Shown one piece after another: positions 23,501 to 35,109 of a stretch of 64,000 nucleotides of DNA (position 1 is its first letter; each line of letters starts with the position of its first letter). Made by a program: the position numbers and the translations under genes. This stretch comes from Pocillopora damicornis. Lineage: Eukaryota. The notes under the pieces are model-generated. The model worked only from the letters and a program-made list of their open reading frames with translations, did no database searches and was not told where the DNA came from. The DNA lies in the NCBI RefSeq assembly GCF_003704095.1, contig NW_020843837.1, positions 434,001 through 498,000 of the forward strand, written 5' to 3'.

Positions 23501-26500
23501 ATGTATATTTTTTCAATTTTTAGCGTAGGTTTGGGGCTTCTCTGTGTTCACATCGGCGCTTTTTCTCCGCCTAAGTATTCTAAATGTATCAGCAAAGATT
23601 TTGGACAAGGAGGGACCGTTTGTCTTTGCTCAGAAAACGAGTGCGACTCATTCAGCGAAGGAATTCCTCTTGGAACGGAAGAATATGCAGTTTACACGAG
23701 TTCTAAAGCGGGAGAACGTTTTAGTCTTAAGACAGCGAAGTTTGACAAGAGTTTGACGGNNNNNNNNNNNNNNNNNNNNNNNNNNNNNNNNNNNNNNNNN
23801 NNNNNNNNNNNNNNNNNNNNNNNNNNNNNNNNNNNNNNNNNNNNNNNNNNNNNNNNNNNACAAGGAGAACTTGTTTAACAATCAAGAGCTTCTTTAGTTG
23901 GTGATCATTTCCTGTATTCTTGTTACCTTAATGTTTGATTCAGGGGTGATAATTTAGGGAGAAATTAGATGCCAGTCACTCATAGCAGTCAAAGGGTTAA
24001 GTTGTGCAAGGAGACATATGTTACTGATCAGAATACATTGTGTTGTGTATCAAGCTTTTTAATCTTCTGATGGCTGCATCTTTCAACAATGATTAAAGTA
24101 AAGTTATCAGTGTTTTTTCATTGGCTCGGCATGATAGAGGCCAATTAATTCTTCTGTGTCTTCTTACAGATGCTGCCTCAATTAATATTTACAACATCAG
24201 CACAGCCTTGAGGCAGAAACTTCTTTCTTCATATTTCTCAGAGGAAGGTATTGAGTATAACATTGGACGTATTCCTATGGCTAGTTGTGATTTTTCTACA
24301 AGACCTTACTCCTACAATGATCATGTTGGTGATCTTGAGATGGCCAACTTTAGCTTGGTTGATGAAGATGTAAAATTGAAAATTCCACTGATGTTGACAG
24401 CGATGAAGATGAGTAAGAAAAACATCACATTTTTTGGAAGTCCATGGTCTGCACCTGCATGGATGAAAACAAATAACAAGATGACTGGGTTTGGTCAATT
24501 AAAGGGCAAGGCAGGAGATAAAAACCACAAAGCATGGGCTTTGTACTTTGCCAAGTTTATTGAGGCATACAAGGAGAAGGGAATAAAGATCTGGGCAGTT
24601 ACAGCACAAAATGAGCCATCTGATGGATTTATTCCATTGTAAGATAATCATTATTCTGTGCTTTTTAATAATGGGCAAGCTTTAAAGTTGTGTAGAAGCA
24701 TGGTTTAAAGTGCATTCTATGCTGCTAGAAATTATATTGAAGACTTTTTGCATTGTAAGGTAGACTTGTGTTGTTTACAAGGGTTTGTGAGGTCATAATC
24801 CAAAGCTGTGACCAGACAATTTTGATCCATTTTTACTTCCTTGATAATGATTGATTAAAGGGTAAAAATTTTGAGTTCATTCTATTAGAATTTTGTTTCC
24901 TCATCTTCTGATGATGAAAGCATATCACATAGTTTTCTTTCTCTGCATTGAATTTTGTAATACTCTAAACCCTAACTCTAATCATAGTAAAGATTTTGTT
25001 TACATCAAGCACTTACTACAAACTGTAAGTACAATCATTAAATGGGACACTAGAACATGGCTTTGGTGTCATTTCAGAAAAAAAGTCCTAAAACCATTGT
25101 GAAGTAAATAGCATTTATCTACGTCAGCATACAAATGTTTAAAAGTAAAATTGATTTTATCTAAAAATTATTTTCAACATTTTTTTTTCATTCTAGAGAC
25201 ATTTTTATACTTATAAAGAAGAAAAATACAAAAGAATTAAACTGGTTGAAATTATTTCAACCCAAATTTATTTGAAACAACAACATCTGCATTTTAGTGC
25301 CATAGATGAAATTTATTTTTTATTCTTTATCTTCCTTTCTTCCAGTTTTTCATTTCAGTGTATGGGATACACAGCTGCAATGGAGAGAGATTTTATCAAG
25401 GAGGACTTAGGGCCTATGCTATCAGCTCGTGGCCATGCTGATGTGAAGATAATCATGCTTGATGATCAGCGCATGTTTTTGAAGTCATGGGCAAACACTA
25501 TTCTTACTGATCCAGATGCTGCTAAGTATGTTGCTGGAATTGGTGTTCACTGGTATGAAGATATATTTCTTCCTGCCAAAGCGCTGAGTGACACTCACAA
25601 CAGGTGATTGCTGTGATCTAGGTTATCTGTTAACCCGTTAACCCCTAAGAATGACTAACATCTAATTTCTCCTTACAATATCACCCCTGAATCATGCAGT
25701 AAGGTCATGAGAATAAAGAAAACTATCAGTAGTAAAAGAGGCTCTTGATTGTTGCACAAATTCTCCTAGTCAGCACCTTAGGGAATGTATAGGGAACAGT
25801 ATGGAGATTACCTTTACTGATGTTAGGGTGTAAAGGGTTAAATGGGTATTATTACTATTATTATCTTTCAAGCCTTAAAACCCTGGCAACAGTATGCAAG
25901 TTCTTCCTAATGTTCTCTATACATTAGCTATGGATAATCTATCTGACAATCATGGACGTTTTAACTTGAGTTCCTAATCATTTCCTTTATTTTCATGACC
26001 TACATGTTTTATTCAGATCTGATACTCTTTGGAGAAATCAGATGCTTATCATTCTTAAGATATAAAGGGTTATTGCATGGTGTAAATTTGAGGAGAAAAG
26101 ATTCCTGTGCCAGAGAACACAAAGTGACCTTACAAGGGCTAATGTACGACTCATTGTATTTTTCTTTGCAAGAACATTTAATACACCTTTTTGATAAATC
26201 ATTATCCTCGAAAGAACAATTAGGCTAGGATATAGACATAGACAGGATATAACTAATCTACTTATACAAACTTCTAGTAGCAATTTTCAGAAAATTTTCC
26301 TGGAAAAGGATAGGATTGAAATTGAGGGAACTGAGAATTTACTGGCTAAATTTCAAGATTAAAGTTGACAAAGTTGACTCTAATTTGATTGATAACTTAA
26401 GTTGCAAATTTAAAAATGTAAAATGGTAATTACATTAACTTAAAGAAATTGTTTTACTAATATTGTAGAGGAAACTTATTTCTTTTCTCTTTGTCAGGTT

Positions 26501-29500
26501 TCCTGATTACTTCATTCTTGCTACCGAAGCCTGTATTGATCCCCACCTCTCCAAACCTCCTATAGTCAGCCTGGGGAACTGGGCGAGAGGGAATCGGTAC
26601 AGCCATAGTATAATTGAGGTTTGTGCTCTGCTTGATCTCATTATAGACACACCTTGGAATCTATGGTTTTTCATGAAAGGCTGAGATGAGAATGATTAAC
26701 ATTGTGTTTTATATCTGGTTATTCACCATCGTTACGAGTTTTAATCAAACTATTGAAGAACTGAGCCAGGAAAGATACTTTTTTTACAACTTAAATTTGT
26801 AGACGCGGTTAATTTTGCTCAGATTTTGCAAGTTTTTTTTTCTTTCCCTAGTTTTTTTTTGTATGGCCTGCCCTTTAATCGCAAAATAGGCGCTGAAAAT
26901 TCAAAAAAGAAAATACCTCTACCGTTCTTACTATCGCACTATATTTGGAAAGATATCCGTATAACCTATATTATTCTAAACAAAGCCCAGGTCCCAAGGT
27001 GATCTACTGATTTGCCATTGATTTTTTTTATCCAATACTTTATGCATAATGAAGTATTGGGCTGTAAGGAAGTCTTGTCTAATACTCGATAGTGACCGAC
27101 GTTTTGGCAACCCCAGCGTAAGTCATAGTCAAATTTAAGAGAGTAAATGTTAGTCAGTCGAGTGTTATAGGATCCTGTTCGTGGAAATTTTTCTAATTGA
27201 AATTTGCCTCAAGATTGTATTAAGGTATTTCAGCTCTGATTGTTCCGTTTCGATCCATCATTCTGTTTGGTCTGCTGGTTATGAAAAATTCGTTTTCATG
27301 GTGCCAGTAGTTGTAGACGTTAATAAGGAAAACCGGTTTTCTAAATTTGGAGCTGAGGTTCATTTATTTTAAGTGAGCTATTCTGCTTTGTAATTGTCAC
27401 ATCATCTTTTCTCTTCGCTCGTTTGTGTTCGCTCGGTGTTATATGTATTATATTAAACCAAAGGGTGTTTTTAGTTCAAAGTTAACTTAGCGGCGCAGCT
27501 CCATAGCAGGTCAACAAATGATTTATCAGCACTAAAGTATTAAACTTGTCTCCACAAAAGAAAAATCGCAATTTTCTTTCCCTTCTTTTTAGGAGTAGAT
27601 ACACCTAATTGCCAGTGACGATGTTACAGAAAAAAGCAGAAAAAAAAAGAAAAAAATCCGGCGTTAGCGTACAATTTTTTTTTAATTATTGAAATCGCTT
27701 GAAATTTCTAAACAACATCTGATACTCTCAAAAAGTTCGAAAGTGGAAATTTTGAGAAAATTTCCTGCTTCCGGGCAGTTATGGCCCGAGAGTAGTTTTA
27801 AATGCTAAATTAAATATAGTAAATAAATCCCTTTTTAGACTTGTTCCTTTTTTGTAATTACAATGTGTTTTTTCCTATGACAATGTTATTGCAGGTACCC
27901 TATACTGAAAAGGTTTACTTTTCACTTCAGGGAAAAAAATATTAGTCTTTCATTTACTTGGCTGATTTCCCAATCAACCTTGGAAGGTCGATTTCTAATT
28001 CTAGAAAGTGTCAAGGAAAATTTGAATGCTTCATTTACGGGACACTCTTCATAAAAGAATGGAATCCCTATATTAATATCTACGCCGATACCATCCGTTT
28101 TTAAGTCTTTGTTTAGAGACAATTTTAAAAATTTCTATACCATTTTTAATGAAGTATTGTTTTACTAAGAATTTTTTACATTCACAGCAGCTCTTATTTT
28201 TTGACTTGATAATAATGTTGACATTTTCTGGACGTGAAAATGTCGTTTTCAAGTTCTTTTGTTTGATTTACTTAATGCTTTCAAAGCAATGTTTTAATCG
28301 CGGTTTTTTAATCGACTCAAATGTTCGCAAAAAAAAAAAAACCGCTCCTTAACCTGGAAAATTCACAGAGCAAATAGCTGTTTTTATGAGCATGAAAACA
28401 TTTATTGACACGCGCTGGTAACTTTTCGGCGGATGTGTTTATCGTCTAGAGTCGTTTCCCTTTTTGTTACTTATTCGTCAGATAGAGAGTGATTTAGCGG
28501 ACTAACTAAAAAATTTGCCTAGCTTCTAAAGAGCGGCTGCGTAGAGCTGGGTCAGTTGGTACAACCGCCCAACTAATATCCAGGAGGCATGGGTTCGAAT
28601 CGCGTCGAAGCTTGATTTTTTCTAAGCTTTTTTTTTACAAAGCTGAAATTGCATTTCATCCGCAAAGATGATTTCTTTGTTTGGAAACCATTTTTCATTG
28701 ATTCCTGAATTTAACCTAACTTTTCGACGTAATATGTGTAATTTTCATTTTAATTAAAGTGGATAACTTGAGAACCACTCATTTCGTTGCAATATTTAGC
28801 GGACGGATTGCCACAAAGAAGGGAGTTAACGAAATTTCCTTCGTACGACACTATATTACTTTCAAACGAAGCCATGGACAAGCGATGAAAAAAAAAAGCT
28901 GTCAAATTTTGAGCAAAGATGACAGGTTTATTTGCTGTCTAGAGCAGTTCGGCCTGTCATGTATCACATCTTCCGACGAAGTGTATACATTTTGCAATGT
29001 CGTGCATATTGTATAACTCGCAGAGGTTCAGGATACTTAAAGACGTTTTTTCCGTCATTTTTTAATTCTAGCTGTTGCGAGAATATTTATGCAAAACTTG
29101 TGGTTTCTGGTGCCGCTTGGACAAAAGCTTCAAGGGACCCCTTGTATTAAGTACCCGTCATCCTCTTCTGTCTTTTATAAGAGGTGTGCCGGGGAACAAA
29201 AAAAATGCAGCTGCAGAAGAAGCAACTTAAGATGCAAATAGAAATCGCCTTCAACCTAAGGCTGTACCGTCAAATTGAGCAAATATCACTATAACGACGA
29301 CGGTGACTGGAAGAAAACGAACCTCTGTATCCATGGAATACCTTCGTTGATCAAACTATTTAGCTGAGGTTGCTTCTTTTTTTTTAACCGAATACGTTAT
29401 CGAACGGAGTTGCAGACAAAAATATTTCAGGTTGCTTTTTTATGACTGGCATACGTTATCAAGCGGAGTTGCAGCACTGAAAATGGACCAAAACCCGGTG

Positions 29501-32500
29501 CCTTTTGTAATTAATGCTGCCCTGAACATTCCATTTTGTTTAGTTGCCGTTGCGGGAAATTCGCTGGTTTTAGCTTCGTTTGCTAAGAACCGCTCACTCA
29601 TTTCACCGTCTAATGTTATTTTAATCGGACTGGCGGTCTCTGATCTTTGTGTGGGCGTAATCGTCCAACCTTTGTACATCGTGTGGAGATTCAACCAATT
29701 TTTCTCCAAGGACAACTGGGGAAAAGGAATTCTCGATTCACTTACACTGTTTTTATCGTGTGCTCTGTGTTCTTTCTCATTTTTGACCGTCACAACCCTC
29801 AGTGTCGACAGATACTTAGCTTTGCGTCTTCATCTACGTTACAGAGAACTTATAACTGTTCGTCGTGTCTCCTATTTTCTTGGTTTTGCTTGCATGTCTG
29901 CGTTTTCCCTCTGCACAATGACCGTATTTCTACCTGCACACGATGAATACATTGCCTCTGTCATGGCGCTCGCTTTCTTCGTGATAAATACTGTAATCTA
30001 CTTCAAGATTTATTGCGTGGTACGCAGGCATAGGAGGGAGATAACAGAACAACAACGACACACAAGCAGAATTCCTGTCACAAGATTTGCAAACATTTTA
30101 CGATTGCGGAATTCATTTCTCGACACGTTTTATGTGTACTTGATTTTTTTGTGCTGTTATATTCCATATATCTCCATAGCAATTATATTTCCTGAGTTCA
30201 AAACAAACTCTTCGCTTGTTATTGCATTCGAGATTTCTTGGAGTTTGGTTTTCATAAACTCCTCGCTGAATCCTTTGCTATATTCATGGCGGATCAAGGG
30301 GGTTCGCGCAACGATGAAAACAATTCTACTAGGATCTTCGAAAAGACAATCAGCTCCGTCCATAAGAAGGGATGCCGGCCATAGTTTTGCCATGTACCAT
30401 ATAAATCATTCTTGTGAAGTTTTGTAAATCAATATCGTCCAGTTATGTAAGCAATCTGCTGAGTACTGCCATTGTTGTCAAGTGAGGTAGACAAAAGTAA
30501 TTTTCATTTTCCCAGCTCTACGCAGTGTTTATTTGTACATGTATGACCACGCCACTAGAATTAAACTGTTCTGAAGTACAGATATTATTAAAATTATCCT
30601 TTTTACACTGAAACCGTAAGGTTGGAGTTGAACGGATTCCTGGACTGACGTTACTATGTCTCACCCAGACTTAACGAAAATGAATTTCGTTGCGTGATAT
30701 TTTCTTCTTTGTCATGTAAATCTTAGAAAAACGAGTATTATATCAATTCTAAAATAAAATAGACAAAAAAATCTCGAAATAATTGCAAAAGTATAAAGTT
30801 TTGGTGAGGGTATGCAAAAGTAATAATAAAATTAGTAATACACGAAGCTTTCATTAACACAAAACGCATTATTTAACTTTTTAAGTAAGGTATAAACGCA
30901 GGTTACAGAATACGCAAGACTGAAGTCCTGATGTGGTATATTATGCTGACAAAATGTAGATTAAACTCAGTCCTGGTTGAAAATAGGGAATGCTTCATCC
31001 ACCACATCTTAGCATTTTGTCTTTAATGTATAAATTGAACCTGTCATTAGTTAACATGAGAGGTCGTGCTTTTCGGTACTCTTATTTTCACACGTAACCA
31101 ACTAACATTAATTAAGCTAGCTTTAGAAACTCTTTACATTATCAACTCAGGTGGGAAAACCAAATTATGTCACATAATTAGCATCGCGCTTTCAGGATTA
31201 TGTAAACCTCTTTAGTTTCACACTTTTATTTTACAGATGTAACAAACGAACGTTACTGTAGCTTTAGAAACTCTCTGCTGTGGCCAATTTATGTTATCAA
31301 CACAGTTGATGAAACCAAATTAACAATATCTCACATAATTAGCATCGCGCTTTGACGTGAATTATAAGCTAAACAATCAACAATCAAAAATAAGCTTAGT
31401 CCTTAATTATTTTAATGCTGCGAATCCACGCGAATACTTGTTTTTAAGAAAATCATTCGAATTCACCATCAGTGATGCTACAGAGCCAAGTATTAAGTTG
31501 AGTTTGATTCCTATTATTGCATGCTTTCCATATTTCCCAGAAAAATTGTCAAAACGTTTTATTCTAGCAGACCAGCAAACTCACAATTGCGCATTTGGGG
31601 TAAATGTACATTTGCGCGTTGAATACGGTCAGTGCCTTGCCTTTTGGTAAAAAATTCATGCTTGTTTGCAAAGCGCGGTGACAGAATGCTGCTGTAACAA
31701 TTTTACTTCTGTTGTGAAGTATTAAATATGTACTTTGTTGTCCGTTGGTTTCTTCTGTGTTTTCTATTTGTAAAACAAATGGTAAACAAGCTAAAGGTAA
31801 AAAGTTTGTATCTTTTCTGTAGAATATTTAGCATGTGTGCTCTCGCAGAATGATCATTCGATCATTCGGGCAAGGCGTTGAGACGTGCGGGAAAAAAAAT
31901 GCGAGCTCCGCTTTTAGGCATGGCTAAATCTATATATTATCGGTAAAGGCGGACCAAATCTTGGGGGTTGCAAATCTTCTAAGAAACCGGCACTTGTCTT
32001 CATTTGCAGTATGTTTGAACCTTTGCTAACAACGGATTTTTATGGTTGGAGAACACTGGTCACAAAAGACAGTCATTATGACGGACAGCCCAAGATGTAT
32101 TTTCGGCTCTGTTGTGGGTTTAGGGTTTCATACGCAACCTCCGTGATTATCTTACATTACCGCGTGTTGAAGCACACATTTAGAATTGTGCACTAACCTG
32201 ATTCACTCTTTTATTTTGGAGCCCATCGATCGCCCGCACAAACAGACATATTCAGTTCAAATTCAGTCAGTAAAATTACACTGCTGGAATTTGTACCAAT
32301 TCTTAATTGAACGGTTTAATACAATGCCCTATGGAACGGACAAATGTGTCTGTTAAGGATATCGAACAAAGAACAGCCTTTTTTTTTTGTTAGATCAATT
32401 GTCAATTACTTTAATTTGCGTGCCTAGTTACGATCTTAGTTACAATGTTTATCTTTTTCCCTATTGGTTAGTAATCGGATATTTTAGCGTCACCACGCGC

Positions 32501-34070
32501 ATATAAAAGCTAAATTAGCGTCTCTTTAAGCCAGAGTTTCGTAAGATTTCACCTTGAACAGCAATAACTTCGTCTTTCGTTCCAAACCTTTGGCACAAGC
32601 GGGACCGATATGTAAGTGATTTTTGTTAGTTTTAATTATATATGTTTAAGTTTAGTTTTTCACCTTGGGCGATAGCGCACGTATGTACTGTGTTGTACAA
32701 CAGTACAACTAATTATCTTGAAATCGAAGGAATATTTTGAAATAACTAGACGCTCGCAAAGTAACGCCCACATTTTAGTCTTTGGGCTGTTAACCAGCCG
32801 CAAATGGTCATTGTGTAGCTGATCTTTGATTCTCGAGTAGTTTTAATTTAGCCTTTTATGATTTGTTTATGTTAATTCACGTTAATTGTTGTTATTTTAA
32901 TCGCGTTATCGACATAGGCACGTAAAGCGTTTCATTCATGCTTTCGTTATAATATTATTGCAATTTCAGTTTACGATCGTGATCGTGACCGTGATCTTAA
33001 TAAACACCGTTGATAGTCATCTTGGTTTTCGTGGTTTCATTACGACCGGTAAAATAGTCCCACATCAGCGACACTTAGAAAACACGCATAGCGACACCCC
33101 TCGAAGTTTCCTCTTTCGTCGCAAGCGTCACAGTGTCACATGTGACTTCGGAAAAAAAAAGGGTTGGGGAGGGGGAGATAGGGGAAAAAAATGTTGAAAT
33201 TGCCTCATAAGTGAAAGTGTAAGGTAGGAGACCAGTTTGCAAACAATTAGTTAGTGAAGATAAACGCTAATTTTTAGTACCTTTTTATTAACCTCGTTCT
33301 CTGTCTGAACTTTAAGTTACGGACCGAATTTTTTCCCTGGCTTGAATTTAAGGACAAAGCGCGCGGGCCATAAATCTAAGCGGAACAAACGAGGTTCCGT
33401 AACTCACGAGGAAAACGAGGAAAGTAAGATTGTCATATTTATTTTATCTCCGAGTTCAAATAGAGGGGAAAGATTAAAGGGACAAATTCAAACAACTTTT
33501 TAAATTTAGCGGGCTGCACAGTAAAATATGTCCCGCTAAATTTACTGATCAAAGCGCACGTATTGACCAAGAGCTACCATGAAGAGAAATAACTGAAGCA
33601 ACTTTGAGTGGAGTGGACCTATTTCACTGCTTATGTTTAATATCAATGTTTCTGATATTGTTCCATGTAACTCTTCAGGACTTGTCCAACTGGGCTGTTG
33701 GATGGGTGGACTGGAACATAGCTCTCAACATGGAGGGAGGACCCAACTGGGTGAAGAACTTTGTTGACTCTCCAATTATTGTAGATGCAGAGAAAGGACT
33801 TTTCTATAAACAGGTATAAATTTGGTTGCAATTTTTCATTTTCACTCCAAAAGTAATCAGTTTTGAACAAAGTTATAGTCATCTGCTAAAAAAATTGGCT
33901 TTTGGGGTAAAGTTGTAGCCAGTGATGAAAATAAAAAAATCTCACGCATATTGCCCAATTGTGAAACGGTTAAAAACAAAAGAATTCTAAAGCACACTTC
34001 ACCATACAGTCAGAAGGAAACTATTCAAAAATTTGCTTTCGATCAGTTGCACAGCAGTCAACAGATGGTA

Positions 34071-34101
<31 letters not shown>

Positions 34102-34535
34102 CAATGATGAAAATCAGGGCAATGAAGATAAAACGGACAACGGCCATTCTTGCTAAAAATAAAAAAGGCTACCACAATTATTTGCATTTCTCTGACATAT
34201 AAATACATATATACATAGATATCTTTTCTGCCCGGATTTTCAGTGCCAGTTACTGATGCTATAATTTCTGGTGATTCTTCTATTCACAGCCAATGTTTTA
34301 TCATTTGGGCCACTTTAGTAAGTTTGTGCCTCCTGGCTCACAAAGAATTGAGGTTACAGCAAGTGGCAAATCTCCCCTTCAGTTCATTGGTTTTACTACT
34401 CCAGCACCATCCACGTCAACAGTAGTTATTATACTCAACAAAGATGACTCTGCAGTTGAATTGCAAATTAATTCTCAAGATGGTACCATCACTGAGACTG
34501 TGCCACCATCTTCCATTCAAACTTACATCTGGTAG
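23501..34535 (+). CDS. GBA1: Lysosomal acid glucosylceramidase-like (GH30_1), copy A
   Basis: Exons 23501-(gap at 23760), 24170-24638, 25346-25603, 26498-26618, 33679-33813, 34290-34535. Signal peptide; [22 protein letters not shown], acid/base AQNEP, HWY, nucleophile [38 protein letters not shown]. Confidence 0.95.
23860..23996 (-). mobile_element. TTAA-type MITE, reverse orientation, truncated by gap
   Basis: TGATTCAGGGGTGATA...GAGAAATTAGATG...AAAGGG|TTAA is the reverse complement of the MITE 5' half. Confidence 0.7.
25634..25837 (+). mobile_element. TTAA-type MITE with both target-site copies intact
   Basis: TTAA(25630-25633)|CCC...TAAAGGG|TTAA(25838-25841). Confidence 0.85.
28541..28678 (+). 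mobile_element. tRNA-derived SINE, same family as 7372
   Basis: GTCAGTTGGTA...CCCAACTA...GGTTCGAATCGCGTCGAAGC...AAATTGCA aligns with the 7.4 kb copy. Confidence 0.7.
29483..30427 (+). CDS. Intronless rhodopsin-class GPCR (cnidarian-expanded melanocortin/adenosine-receptor-like type), nested in GBA copy A intron 4
   Basis: 314 aa from ATG 29483 with 7 hydrophobic segments; GN in TM1, LAVSD in TM2, VDRY, CYIPY in TM6, NSSLNPLLY in TM7. Confidence 0.92.
   Translation: MDQNPVPFVINAALNIPFCLVAVAGNSLVLASFAKNRSLISPSNVILIGLAVSDLCVGVIVQPLYIVWRFNQFFSKDNWGKGILDSLTLFLSCALCSFSFLTVTTLSVDRYLALRLHLRYRELITVRRVSYFLGFACMSAFSLCTMTVFLPAHDEYIASVMALAFFVINTVIYFKIYCVVRRHRREITEQQRHTSRIPVTRFANILRLRNSFLDTFYVYLIFLCCYIPYISIAIIFPEFKTNSSLVIAFEISWSLVFINSSLNPLLYSWRIKGVRATMKTILLGSSKRQSAPSIRRDAGHSFAMYHINHSCEVL
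34072..34109 (+). repeat. (ATG)n microsatellite
   Basis: About 10 ATG repeats in GBA copy A intron 5. Confidence 0.95.
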
Positions 34536-35109
34536 AATTGGCACAAGAATGAAGATGATATTTTAATCCATCATACAATACATTCCTGAATCAAAAATTC
34601 TTCACTTAGAATTGATTGTTCCTATCAAAAACTGCTGTGTGAAAAGGTTAAGAGAAAAAAAATTAATAAAACCCTGCTGTTTCAGGGAATTGGGAAGCTT
34701 TAAGACAAAGAGATATGTCCAGGAGAAAACTAATTCTGCTTATTCGTTGATTGAAAAAGTAAATTAAAGAATTCTTTGAGGAAAACTGCTAGGGAAAAGA
34801 GACTCGTGTAGGGATGTTCAAGCTTTAAAGTTTCATATGCATTAAAAGTTTCTTTAAGGCATAAGAGCATAACATACAGTTTATGAGTGACTTTGCAACT
34901 GATTTTTCTTTATTAATTTACATTCATAATTTCCCACTGACCAATATCACCACAACCAAGACATGGCTGTTAATGCTTGGCACACACTGTGATGAATTTG
35001 AGCAACTCCATGGCAACATGAATCAGTTACTGTTAAGCCCTAGAACACTCCCTGCATGTCTAAGTTGGAGCTTCTCAGTTACAGGTACTCAGTGTAGTTG
35101 TGTCAAATG

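Noticed and set aside
33951-34208. Poly-Met / poly-His ORFs
   Set aside because: Translation of an intronic (ATG)n microsatellite.
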